Shown here piece after piece: positions 1 to 12,795 of a stretch of 64,000 bases of DNA (position 1 is its first letter; each line of letters starts with the position of its first letter). The translations under genes and the position numbers were made by a program. The notes beneath the pieces were generated by a model, which worked only from the letters and a program-made list of their open reading frames with translations, had not been told where the DNA came from and made no database searches. The stretch is from assembly GCF_006345805.1 (NCBI RefSeq), contig NC_042997.1, positions 186,682,001 through 186,746,000 on the forward strand, read 5' to 3'. Source of the DNA: Octopus sinensis. Taxonomy: Eukaryota.

Positions 1-49
1 CCAACCCACGCTAGCATGGAAAGTGGATGTTAAATGATGATGATGATGA

Positions 50-235
50 TCATCATCATCATCATCGTTTAGCATCCACTTTCCATGCTAGCATGGGTTG
101 GACGGTTCAACTGGGGTCTGGGAAGCCAGAAGGCTGCACCAGGCCCAGTCTGATCTGGCAGTGTTTCTATGGCTGGATGCCCTTCCTAACGCCAACCACT
201 CCATGAGTGTAGTGGGTGCTCTTTACGTGATATAC
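50..235 (-). mobile_element. SINE family S1 (GGATGCCCTTCCTAACGCCAACCAC core, (ATG)n tail), 3' part
   Basis: Same core and ...CCAACCCATGCTAGCATGGAAA...(ATG)n tail recur at about 10 places in the window. An RTE-type tail origin is inferred. Confidence 0.8.
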
Positions 236-484
236 ATATATATATAAGTGCCACTATGGCTGGCTTCTGTGCCGGTGGCACGTAAAAAGCACCATCCCCA
301 TAACTTAGCAGTTCAGCAAAATAAATCGATAGAATAAGTACAAGGCTTAAGAAATAAATCCTGGGGTCGATTTGTTTGATGGGGCTAGTCAATTGCATTA
401 AACCTTGTGCATATCTGATACTTATTTCATTGACACTGAACAGATGAAAAGTAAAGCCAACCTTGGCAGACTTTAATAATAATA

Positions 485-529
<45 letters not shown>

Positions 530-530
<1 letters not shown>

Positions 531-684
531 CATCATCATCATCATCATTTAGCGTCCGTTTTCCATGCTAGCATGGGTTGGACGGTTCAACTGGGGTCTG
601 TGAAGCTGGAAGGCTTCATCAGGCCCAGTCAGATCTGGCAGTGTTTCTACGGCTGGATGCCCTTCCTAACGCCAACCACTCCAT
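530..684 (-). mobile_element. SINE S1 3' fragment
   Basis: Near-identical to 50-235, with (CAT)n tail on the + strand. Confidence 0.8.
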
Positions 685-1653
685 GATAATAATAATGATA
701 ATAATTCTTTCTGCTATAGGCACAAGACCTGAAATATTTGTTTGATTAAAGCCCTTTGAGATGGTGCTCCAGCATGGTCACAGTCAATGACTGAAACAAG
801 TAAAAGAATAAAAGAATTAAAGGATGTGTATGGTCTTTCCTTCACAAGGCACTGGTCAGCCAAAGGCTACAGTTGAAAGCAATAACCCAAAATGCATCAT
901 AGCATGACCAAGCTCAAAAGTACATGACAAAAAAATAAACTTCCCCACCAAGCAGCTATGCGTTCTTCTACATACATACTTACATACACACATACATACA
1001 TTCATATATATATATATATGTATGTGTATGTATGTGTGTATGTATGTATGTATTTGTGTGTATGTGTATGTATATCAACTATTTTTTCACATAGTTGTCT
1101 TTAATATTCTCCCATTTTATTTTATTTTATTTTATTTTATTTCATTTTATTTGTTTTCGTTCCACCCTGTTTTTCACACTTCTCCCTTGTGTTTTCCCAA
1201 GTCTCACTACAAAGAAAAATTAGAGCAGGAGGGAAGAGGTGTTGAATAAGTGGAATGAAAACATAAGGGTTGGGATAGAGGTAAAGATAGGGATGAAATT
1301 CCATTTTTGCTTTCGATATATACGGTTTTTTTTTTATAATTTTCATGATCTGTTTTTTTTTTCTTTATTCTCATAAACTGCTTTTTTCTCTTTTTTTAAA
1401 TTTAAATGTTTTCTGTATTTATTTGCAAGGGTTTCTTTTTTTTTATAATTTTTCATTTTTTTTTTTTTTTCATTTTGGTGAAGGTAGGGCATGTGTGTGA
1501 GCTATATGCTTGAGTGTTGTTTCTGGCGCCTAAATATATGTTTTTCTTTGCTTTGACTGATACGTTTATTGTTAACAAAACTGTCTTCATTATGGAAGCA
1601 TCATTATTGTTCCATACCACAAGGCCACAGCTGAAAGAATCTGCTTCTCCTTT

Positions 1654-1697
1654 ATGTTCATCTTCTCTTCCTTCTTCTTCTTCTTCTTCTTCTTCTT

Positions 1698-1762
<65 letters not shown>

Positions 1763-2150
1763 GCTTTACTTTTTTTGAATACTGTTTCTTTCTAAGATTT
1801 TTTATTCGACACTATCATCTGCAGCAGCAACAGCAGCATCATTATCATCATCATCATCGTCATCAACACCATCACAGTTGCTATCGTCCTCATCACCATC
1901 ATCATTACCATTATCACCCCCCCCCACCACCACCTTCACCACCATCATCGTTATCATCAGCATCATTATCACCACCACCACCACTGTCATCGCCCATCAG
2001 CACCACCACAATCGCTATCATCATGATCATGATTGGCATCATCAATATCACCACCACAACTACCACCAGCATCATCATCACCATGTTCACCACCAACAAC
2101 AACAACAACATCATTATCATCACCATCATCATAATCATCAGCATAGTAAG
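1654..2150. repeat. Compound trinucleotide microsatellite (TCT/ACT/GCT/CAT/CAC/AAC)
   Basis: Read directly; produces the poly-S/T/A/H ORFs in the track. Confidence 0.95.
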
Positions 2151-3114
2151 CATATTCTTCAGGGTTTCCCAACATTTTTTTTTTTTTTATCTTATTTTTA
2201 TTTCATTTTTATTCATTTATTTTTTTCCTCTTTAGCAGCTTTTATTATTTGTTTATCAATTTATTTTTTTGTGGGGTGGGTACCGTTTTCCTTTATGGCA
2301 TGCCAATTCAATCATGCTAGGGGAAGTTACAACACAGAAATTGTGATGGCATGGAGAAGGGCTGCTTATTTTCTAGACAAGGACTCCTTTCTCAATAATG
2401 GTGCCACTACAGAAAAATCAACTCACTGGATTTTCCAACACATCAACATATCTCTGCATTTCTATTTTAGCATTTTCTTATTTGTTTTTCCTGATTTTGT
2501 TTTTGTTTGTTTGTTTTATCTTGAAGTAGATGTCTTGCACTACACATGTTTCTGAATGAGTGAGTGTAAGAGCTTATACATATAAATACATACATACATA
2601 CAGACACACGTACATACATAGATACATATATAGACATATATATACCTACCTACACACATACATACATACATATATATATACATATATATATCTCTTTTAC
2701 TCTTTTACTTGTTTCAGTCATTTGATTTGGCCATGCTGGAGCACCGCCTTTAGTATATATATATATATATAAAACGATGATATATATATATGTATAATGA
2801 TAATGATATATATATATATATATATATATAGGGAATTTTCCTTGTGTTATTTGTCCTGTACTCTATCTTTTCGTTGTATAAGAAAAATGTCCAGTTCCTT
2901 GGTTTTGTGTTTATGTTTTCGTTTCTCATTGTGTCCTACGTTTTTTTTTTCTTGGTGCCCTGTAGCCATATATGTGTGTATATATACATGTAGAGGTAGG
3001 TACGTACATATATGTATGTATATATGCATATGTTTTATTTATTAATTTATTATATGATGGAACGCATGCATCCATTTCTAAGTAAGATTGTTCTATATAT
3101 ATACATATATATAT

Positions 3115-3297
3115 AGGGAGAATTCACAGAAAAACAAAAGACGAAGATAGATGGTGTAGACAACAAACAGATATATTAGCATAAAGCTCTGGAAGTGAAA
3201 AAGTCTTTAACATTTTGAGCCTACGCTCTTCCACAGAAAGAAACAAAGAGAGAAAATAAAGAATGTGTATTGGCTGGCGATCTATAATGGTGAATGC
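3115..3297 (-). mobile_element. Penelope-type non-coding repeat H1 with decayed hammerhead motif (3205-3240)
   Basis: Minus strand reads CUUU CUGUGGA A GAGC GUAG GCUC AAAAU GUU AAAG; G12 is lost. The body matches the copies at 5007, 26655 and 38876. Confidence 0.7.
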
Positions 3298-3685
3298 CTT
3301 CAAAGAAATTCCAACTTTGATTTTTACTGACTTTTTTCTTGACTAAGCTACTATTTTCATGCCTTTATCATAATGAACACCTTAAGTATTGTTGTTGTTG
3401 TTAGTGGTAGTGGTCGTAGCAGTAGAAATATTACCTCCAAGTATTAGTATTACTTTTTATATAGCTTCGGTTGGAATTTATTAATAAAGTTCTTTTCTCT
3501 GATTTTCCTCTCAATTTCACTTGGACTGTGTAGTTTGTAGGATGGAAATATTATAAATATTTTAATGCATGAAAGTACTAGTTCAATCAGAAGGGACATT
3601 TAATAATCTATCATTTCATTATATCATATTATTATAAGATTGTAAATAAAACACGAAAATCAGACAATGTTGGAATTTCTTTGAG

Positions 3686-3727
<42 letters not shown>

Positions 3728-3815
3728 TTGAAATTTACAGAAAAACAAGAGACAAAGACAGGTGTATAAACAGCAAGCAGGTGTATTTGTATGATGCTCA
3801 GGAAGGTGAGGAAGT

Positions 3816-3851
3816 CTTTTACGTTTCAAGCCTACGCTTTTCAACAGAAAA
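3816..3851 (-). ncRNA. Minimal type I hammerhead-like motif in H1 repeat (repeat about 3730-3885)
   Basis: UUUU CUGUUGA A AAGC GUAG GCUU GAAAC GUA AAAG. Stem II has a compensated A-U pair where other copies have G-C. Confidence 0.6.
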
Positions 3852-3914
3852 GAACACAAGGAAATAAACACAGAGAGAATAAAATGCATATATATGTATA
3901 AATTTATATATATG

Positions 3915-3966
<52 letters not shown>

Positions 3967-4123
3967 CACATATATATATGCATATATATATGTGTATGTA
4001 TACAATGAAAAATATTGCAATACAAATGTATTACTTTCTAGAGTTTGAAACCTAGGGTCTGCATTTTCCGATTCAGGGTTGTCCATTTATCTAATGTTCT
4101 TCCTAGAGGTAAGACAAATTTTT

Positions 4124-4190
4124 CATGTTTGTTGCACTCACACATCTTTGCCAGTATGTACGCAGCTTTACAATAGCATCGTATTTGTAT
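4124..4190 (-). pseudogene. Possible mariner transposase C-terminal relic
   Basis: YDAIVKLRTYWQRCVSA resembles the mariner C-terminal GIxKLxxRWQKC motif; very short match. Confidence 0.35.
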
Positions 4191-4283
4191 CGACTGCTAT
4201 TTCCAGTAAATATTGATGCCTTGTTGTACCACTAATCTATATTTATATTTATGTGTATGTATGTATATGTATATCTATATATA

Positions 4284-4320
<37 letters not shown>

Positions 4321-5006
4321 AAGTAAAAAATATATACAAACTGGGACAAGAACGTGAAACAACCGAGAAGACGATACAAGAACCACAGGATGGGACATTC
4401 GAAGCCCTCACTCATCAGTCAAGAACCGGATCATCTTCGCAATTTCGGCTGATTAATCTTGATACACAAAAGGGAAAATTCACAAAAACACAAAAGACGA
4501 AGACAGGTGGTGTAGACAACAAACAGATGTATTAGTATAACTCTCAGGAAGTGATGATAATGACAATGATGATGAAATATATGTACTCTTCAATAAAGTA
4601 AAAGAATTAACAGAATCAATAATTTGATCAGACCATAATAGTTAAAAAACAAAAACAGTTATAAAAAATTGTCTGAACCCTAAATAAAAACAATGAATAT
4701 TCCAAATGCATCATCTCTGATTCTTGTCTGCAAGCAAGCAAGTAATATTATCAATACAGGGAAAATATTTCCTTTATTTGGTGATGGAAATCAGAATTGA
4801 TAAGTCCGATTTACCATTTTCAGGTATCAAAGCATTTCTCTATATAATTTTGATATTTAACTATTATGCTCCTCTATAGAATTACTTTCTTTTTCAGTTT
4901 ATTTTACAGTGAGTTTTCTTGTTGAGAAAAAGAGAAATTAAAAGAAAGACAGACAATTGAACAAACAAACAAACAAGCAGACAGATAAATAGATAGATAG
5001 ATAGAT

Positions 5007-5176
5007 AGGGAGAGAATTCGCAAAAAAGCAAAAGACGAAGACAGGTGGGTTAAACAATGAAGAGATGTATTAGTTTAATGCTCGGGAAGTGAAAAAGTCT
5101 TTAACGTTTCGAGCCTATGCTCTTCCACAGGAAGAAACAAGGAGAGAAAATAAAGAATGTGTAGTGGCTATTGATC
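5007..5176 (-). mobile_element. Penelope-type non-coding repeat H1
   Basis: Matches the other H1 copies and abuts the (GATA)n that holds the 3' end of Tx1 copy A. Confidence 0.7.
5099..5134 (-). ncRNA. Minimal type I hammerhead-like motif (H1)
   Basis: CUUC CUGUGGA A GAGC AUAG GCUC GAAAC GUU AAAG; one stem I mismatch. Confidence 0.6.
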
Positions 5177-5203
5177 TAGATAGATAGATAGATAGATAGA
5201 TAT

Positions 5204-8200
5204 GTTTCTTTCTTAGCCACACAGAGCTGCACACAGATAGAACAAATTACAAGGTAGAGCTTTTCTTTTGGGGGTAAAAAAAAAAGAAAAGAAAGAGGGG
5301 TTCGATCAAAAGGGATCGTAAAAGGAGAGAAAGAGGACAAAAAGGGGGGTGGGGGGTAAAAAACGGGGAGAGGAAAAAAAAAATTTTTGATCAATAGGGA
5401 TCGTTATCACAGAAATGTCAATATGAATTGTAAAGGGGAGGACAGGTGAGGTTTCCCGTGGAAAGAAAAGCCTACGGAAAAGACCACTGTAACCTCGGTC
5501 AATGAAGTCACATGTTATATTTCTTTTTTTTTTTTTTCAAATAAGCACTCTCTGATATTTTTTATGGTTCATAGAATCATAGTCAAGGTGGCTTCGTCAT
5601 TCATACGTGCCATCCTTGCTACATTCACCCATCTTTTTTTAAAACATTCACTAGACAAAACTTGCCTCTCTACTCTCACTTTTTCTTCAAGTGATACTTG
5701 AAGAAGTTGATGAGAGATTGACCAGAGAGGAAAGTTTTGTCTCTAATCCTTTCAGGCGCGTCCACCAGATACATTCTTTCGCCATAGCCACAAGTATGAT
5801 AAAAATAGCTCTTCCTTCCCGTTTGAAGGAAGGAGGCGTGACGATATTAACGATAGACTCGGCTGATAAACCGACTCGTCCCACACGTGACAGCAGTCGT
5901 TCGACATAAGTCCACAAGTCGGAAATTGCTGGACACTGCATGATTGTGTGCAGAGCGGTTTCGTCGCTCTGCCCGCATCTCGGGCAGGTTGGCCCCGTGT
6001 TTCTCGAGCCATGCCTATAGAGCTTATCCCGAACGGGTAGCGCTTCTCGGTAGCACCGCCAGGCAGGGATCTCTGGAAGTTATCCATAGGTCCCGGGCCG
6101 AAAGTCGTTTGAAACAGGGGGTCAGGTATTCTCGTCGACGCCAGGTTTGCCCCGAGATCGTCGTCGTACTCCCCTCCACTAATCCCCTATAGAATGCTTT
6201 GGTTGTGTTGAAGTCACTCAAGGTCGACCCGGGACGGCAGAGTTGCTTGAGAGCAACGCGACACTCGCGGTGCCATTCGCCCTTCCTCGGTCTTTTTGAT
6301 CCACGACTGCAGTTCGGTCATGGAGACGAGCTGCGGGAAAGCGTGCCTCACCAAACGGCGACCACACCTGTTCACCGTCGTCTACATAGAGCAGAGATGT
6401 CGCAGTCTCAGCGCGTGTGTCTGCGCATCATCAACCACGGCATGCCCAGCCCTCCTTTTAACGGGTGTTGACAGCAAATGGATCGCCTGACCATCGGGAC
6501 GCATCCTTTCCACAATAAGCGGAAGAGAATACGTTCCAGTTGGTTATTATGGTAGGGTCGGGACAAGGTACGACGGTCAGGGGGTGTAGTAGATGATGGA
6601 CGCGATGTACGCGTTCGCCACCTCCGCCCGACCTTTTAGGGACAGTTTCGAGAGGTCTCGATAGATGTCCATTTACGCGAATTACCGAACGGATGCCTCT
6701 GTACAAGGCAGCTATCCAGCCGCGGAAGACGGGACCGAAACCAGCCGCTCTCAGGACTGCCTCCAAGTATCGATGGTCTACCCTACCGAAGGCTTTCGAT
6801 TGATCCAAGTTGATCAGGGCCCCACCCATGCCAGGTTCGTTAACTACCCTGTCTATGATGTAGCGCATCAGATGGAGGTTGTCATGGATGCTCCGGCCCG
6901 GCACGGCGCACGTTTGTGCGTTGTCGACCAGTTTCTCCATGACAAGCGCCAACTTCTTGGCTAACACCTTTGTCAAAATTTTCAGGTCTGCATTGAGCAG
7001 AGATTGGAATTTCTTCGCCAACTCTTCATTCTGAAAAACCACCTGTACGTGGGCGAACTGTTCGCCCAAGTCACATAATCCTTGTATCCCCAGATAGGCA
7101 CTTTTCTATTTTGTCTGTGCTTGCCTTTTCTGGACTTTTAGTTTTTTTATTTGTTATTTTATATACAATGGTCTTCTTTTTTTCCTCATTCATGTGTTTT
7201 GTGGTATGTGTAAGAGTATTTTGCGTTTTCATTGGTGATAAGGTTTCTGCAATCTTTTATTTGTTGTGTAGTAAACGAAACTTTTGTTACTTTTTCTTTT
7301 ATCGCCTCGGCGAAGTTTGTTGCTGTTTTGTTATTGTTGTTACTGCCGGTGGTGTTGGTGTTGATGGCAGGGGTGTGGGTTGTAGGTTTGTGGTTGCTGA
7401 TTATGCAACTAGCAAGGGTGGAAAATTGTCTGCGTAATTTAGTCTGCATTAGCGCAAATTTCGGCATTTCGTTTGGTTGTCGTTGTTATTTTTCACTTGT
7501 TGGTGATGGAGTGAGCAGTGATTGAAGGGATTGTTGTTGTCGTTGTGTTGTTTGTTGTTGTGTTGTAGTTATTGTCGTTCTTGGTGACGGCGGTGGTGTT
7601 AGTGGTATTAGTAGCATTGACGGCACGGTCTTTGGTGGCGGTGATGGTGATGTTGGTATTGTTATTGGTGGCGATGTCTTTAGCAGGGATAGCAGTTTTA
7701 GTAGCAGATGCTGCCATGGTGTTGTTGTCGGTGTTGGTGGTGGACTCACTGGTGGTGTTGACGGTGCTTGGCCTTGCGACCTTTGTTTTGTATTTGTTGC
7801 TGTTGTCGATGCTGATGGTGGTGGTGGTGGTGGTGGTGAAAGCGGTGGTGGTAACAGTAGTAGTCTCTTTGTTGTTCTTGTTAGTGGCGGTAGTGGTGAC
7901 AGGGTTGTACTACAAGTGGTTGCAGCGTTCATTGCAAAGTCATTGATGATTTCACCTTGCGTGCATAAATTCTTTTTTTCTCCTAGCGTTTCCAGACTAG
8001 GAGAATGATGGTCGATAGAGGAACGCGACCATCGTTCTAAAATACAATTTCTTGACATTTTCAAAATGTCGAAAAGGAAATTACACAAATTAAATAGGGT
8101 TGAAACTGCCCCTAGGGGAGAATTCCTCCCTTGGAAAAGCACTCAAACGAAAGTTGGGTGCCTTACACAACTTATTTACAAAAATGTACACAAAAATTGG

Positions 8201-8265
8201 CCTATAAATAGTCAAAATAAACGATTACCTTCGGAGCTGAACTGACATCACGTCCGTCAATAAAC
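5204..8265 (-). mobile_element. L1/Tx1-clade LINE copy A: both termini apparently retained, two internal deletions
   Basis: RT motifs LLNADLKIL, QTCAVPGRSIHDN and LDQSKAFGRVDH; CCHC knuckle CPRCGQSDETALHTIMQC; 3'UTR shared with copy B. The upstream Thr/Asn-rich region is inferred to be 5'UTR/ORF1. (GATA)n lies on both sides. Confidence 0.9.
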
Positions 8266-8298
<33 letters not shown>

Positions 8299-8455
8299 TG
8301 GATATTGATATGGATATAGACAAGAATTATTATTTCTCATAATCATTAAAAACATGATATTGTTTTGTTACATTTTTGTTTTAACAACTTGTAGTTGACT
8401 GCACATTGTGTACATAAGAACACACACAAGCACACACACGCACACACACACACAC

Positions 8456-8504
<49 letters not shown>

Positions 8505-8674
8505 ATATATATATTATATATATATATAAATGGAACAAAAACGCAATAGAGGGCATTAAAGCATTCAGACAAAGGGAAGACACAGAGGCAGACAAGGGAA
8601 GCAACAATTAGGACAGGCAAAAAATGACAGGTCATTCATTAGCAATTCACTTTGGTGGTCATTCCTTTAAATTT

Positions 8675-8751
<77 letters not shown>

Positions 8752-8756
8752 AGAGA

Positions 8757-9092
8757 AATGGCATGTGATTTAGTGGTTAGAATGTTTGATTCATGATTGT
8801 AAGTTCATCAGTTCGATTCCTGGCCAAATGTTGTATTCTTGAGCAAGAACTTTATTTCAAGTTGCCCCTGTCAATTCAGTAGACAAAATAATGAGCAGAA
8901 GATGTATTTCAATTGGCCAGCCTTGTCACATTCTGTGTCATGTTGAATCTCCTTGAGAACTGTGTTAACGTTATGTGTATGTATGTCTGTGGAATACTCA
9001 GACACTTGCACGTTAATTTTATGAACTGGCTGTTGCACTGATCGAAACAACTAGAACCTTTGTTGTTGTAAGCAATGGAGTACCAGTGCCAA
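8757..9092 (+). mobile_element. tRNA-headed SINE (S4-related)
   Basis: A box TAGTGGTTAG and B box GTTCGATTCC, followed by the TTCTTGAGCAAG...CAGT body shared with other copies. Confidence 0.65.
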
Positions 9093-9238
9093 CTAAATGG
9101 ATGGATGGATAGATGGATGAATGGACGGACGGATGGAGAGACAGACAGACAGACAGAAAGACAGACATACATACCTACAGATAGATAGACAGACAGACAC
9201 ACACACACACACAGATAGATAGGTAGATAGATAGATAG

Positions 9239-9291
<53 letters not shown>

Positions 9292-9292
9292 T

Positions 9293-12200
9293 GTTTCTTT
9301 ATAGCCACACGGGCTGCACACAGATAGAACAAATTACAAGTAGAGATTTTCTTTGAAGGTTTAAAATAATAATAATAATAATAATATAATAATAATAATA
9401 ATAAAATAAAAAATAAAATAAAATAAAAAAGGGGGGGTCGATCAAAAGGGATCGTAAAAGGAGAGAAGGAGGACAAAAAAAGGGGGGGGTTAAAAAAAAG
9501 GGGGAGAGGAAAAAAATTGATCAATAGGGATCGTTATCACAGAAATGTCAATATGAAGTGTTAAAGAGGAGGACAGGTGAGGTTTACCCGTGGAAAGAAA
9601 AGCCTACGGAAAAGACCACGGTAACCTCGGTCAATGAAGTCAATGTTATATTTCTTTTTTTTTTTTTTGCAAATAAGCAACTCTCTGTATTAATTTTTAC
9701 GGTTCATAGAATCATAGTCAGGTGGCTTCGTCATTCATACGTGCCATCCTTGCTACATTCACCCATCTTTTTTAAAACATTCACTAGACAAAACTTGCCT
9801 CTCTACTCTCACTTTTTTCTTCAAGTGATACTTGAAGAAGTTGATGAGAGATTGACCAGAGAGGAAAGTGTTTGTCTCTAATCCTTTCAGACGCGTCCAC
9901 CAGATACATTCTTTCGCCATAGCCACAAGTATGATAAAAATAGCTCTTCCTTCCCGTTTGAAGGAAGGAGGCGTGACGATATTAACGATAGACTCGGCGG
10001 ATAAACCGACACGTCCCACACGTGACAGCAGTCGTTCGACATAAGCCCACAGGTGGGAAATTGCTGGACACTGCACGATTGCGTGCAGAGCGGTTTCGTC
10101 GCTCTGCCCGCATCTCGGGCAGGTTGGCCGTGTTTCCGACCATGCCTATAGAGCTTATCCTGAACGGGTAGCGCTTCTCGGTAGCACCGCCAGGCCAGGG
10201 ATCTCTGGAAGTTGTCCATAGGTCCCGGGCCGAAGTCGTTTGAAACAGGCGGGTCAGGTATTCCTCGTCGACGCCCAGGTTTGCCCCGAGCTCATCGTCG
10301 TACCTCCCCTCCACTAATCCCCTATAGAATGCTTTGGTTGTATTGAAGTCACTCAAGGTCGACCCGGGACGGCAGAGTTGCTTGAGAGCAACGCGACACT
10401 CGCGGTGCCATTCGCCCTTCTTCGGCCTCTTTTTGATCCACGACTGTAGTTCGGTCATGGAGACGAGTTGCGGGAATGCGTGCCTCACAAACGGCGACCA
10501 CACCTGTTCACCGTCGTCTACATAGAGCCGGAGATGTCGCAGTCTCAGCGCGTGTCTGCGCATTATCAACCACGGCATGCCCAGCCCTCCTTTTAACGGG
10601 TGTTGACAGCAAATGGATCGCCTGACCATCGGGACGCATCCTTTCCACAAGAAGCGGAAGAGGATGCGTTCTAGTTTGGTGATGGTAGGGTCGGGACAAG
10701 GTACGACGGTCAGGCGGTAGTAGATGATGGACGCGATGTACGCGTTCACCACCTCCGCCCGACTTTTAGGGACAGTTTCCTCTCGGCCCATTGCTGGGCG
10801 AGAGTGACCACCCTACTCGTTATCTCGTTCCAGTTCTTCTCCATTTGGAGGTCGGACCAAACCAGACCCTGAGCAACTCAACCGGGCCGTCTGTCAGCGT
10901 CCGACGTCGACGGACGGAGGTACGGTGGACGGCATGGGTTGCTTCTCCAGGTGCCGAGCCGCAAGCCCACTGACTTTTCCCGGTTGTTTTGCTCCTGTCA
11001 CCGCTTCGTAGTCTTTCAGTGTCTCGCCGACCCGCTCGATGTGCTCGTGGCTTGACACTATGACGGTGACGTCGTCCGCGTATGCAGACACGCTCGTCCC
11101 GCATCCTAATTCCGCGGGATGCCCCTCAGAGTCGCCAGCTTCCGCAGTAGTGGCTCAAGAGTCAATACGTATAGAAGCGCCGACGAGGGGGCATCCCTGA
11201 CGGACCGAACGTGCAATGTCGAAGGGTCTCGATAGATGTCCATTTACGCGAATTACCGAACGGATGCCTCTGTACAAGGCAGCTATCCAGCCGCGGAAGA
11301 CGGACCGAAACCAGCCGCTCTCAGGACTGCCTCCAAGTATCGATGGTCTACCCTATCAAAGGCTTTCGATTGATCCAAGTTGATCAGGGCCCCACCCATG
11401 CCAGGTTCGTTAACTACCTGTCTATGATGTAGCGCATCAGATGGAGGTTGTCATGGATGCTCCGGCCGGCACGGCGCACGTTTGTGCGTTGTCGACCAGT
11501 TTCTCCATGACAAGCGCCAACCTCTTGGCTAACACCTTTGTCAAAATTTTCAGGTCTGCATTGAGCAGAGTGATTGGCCTAAAGTTATCTATAATGTTTC
11601 CCTTATTTGGATCTTTCTTCAGCAGAGTTACAGCTCCTCGACTCACAAAACCGGGTATGCTCCCGTTTTGCTGCCAGTTGCAGTATACCGCTGCCAAGAC
11701 GTCTCCAAACAAGTCTGGCATACAATAGTAAAATTCGTAGGGTAGACCATCCAAACCCGGTGATTTGTCCCTCGAGCATTCTGCCATCGCTTCCCGCACT
11801 TCCGCCGCCGTGATGGCACCTTCGCAGCACCCTGCCTTTCTTGTCGAGAGTCGTGGCAGGCTATGTAGGTAGGCACTGAAGTCTACCCTACGTTCTTGCC
11901 CTCCACTCGTCCCGAACAGTCGGGCAAAATGCTGCTGAAAGGCCTCACACATTTTACTTGGCACGAGCAATTCGCGCCCCTGTTCATCTACCAGTGACCG
12001 AATGGTGGCTTTGTTGCCCTGTTGCGCCTCTGCCACCCGGGCCTCTCTCGCGGCTCCAACACCTTCGTTCCTTAGAGCACGCATCCTAGCTCTGACAGCA
12101 CATCCTTCGTGTTTGGCGTTGAAGTGTTGGTCGAGGGCCAACCTCGCCGCCAAAACGTCGGATGCGATGCCGCTTCTAATTGCCTCTTCTAGCTTCTTAA

Positions 12201-12795
12201 CTAGCTCACCCTCTACTCTATTTCTATCTATGGCTAGTGCTTTGCTGTACCTAATCGCTTCTGCTTTTACTGCTCTCTTGAGGGCAAACCACCATTTGTT
12301 GTTGATGATGGCTCCCGTCAAGCCCTCTTTACTAGTGTGCTAATCCGGTCTCTGAAAACTTGTCTGGACGGGAATGATGCGTTCAGTTTCCAGTACCCAG
12401 GACCTGTCTATGTGCCTTATACTAAGTCTAGCGTACACGTCACCAATTTGTGATCCGTGTAGCTGACTGTGTGGAATTGTGGACATCCTAAGTTATCCTT
12501 GTCTACTGTCCTACACAGTATCCTATCTAGATACGATCTCGACGACCCACTGCGGTTGCTCCATGTCCACGTTGGTGCATTTGGGTGGTCGAGTCGGTAC
12601 CTGTCAGACAGTTGGAATCGTCTGAGCAGGTCTCTGAGGCATTTGCATCCCCTTCTGTTTCTGTCTCTACCCACGTAGTCTACATGCGTGTCCAAGGTAG
12701 CATTCCAATCCCCCACTAAGAGTAAAGGACGAGCCGTTCCCAAGAATACTTCTAGACGTCGAAAGAAATCCGCCCGACCTGTTAAGGGCGGTGCG
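9293..12795 (-). mobile_element. L1/Tx1-clade LINE copy B, 5'-truncated inside the endonuclease
   Basis: APE motifs YAP, LVGDWN, YLDRIL, TDH and WKLN; RT motifs KSPGLDGLPYEFY, FRPITLLN, VRQG and YADD; CCHC region; (GATA)n on both sides. Confidence 0.95.
9711..12795 (-). pseudogene. ORF2 (APE endonuclease - reverse transcriptase - CCHC), broken by several frameshifts
   Basis: Track ORFs 12417-12743, 11437-12321, 10894-11091, 9982-10791 and 9759-10076 are consecutive pieces of one ORF2. Confidence 0.9.

Noticed and set aside
4395-4462. Minus-strand CAGCC-GAAA...CUGAUGA suggesting a type II hammerhead
   Set aside because: Stems I and III cannot be formed, and stem II needs an assumed insertion.
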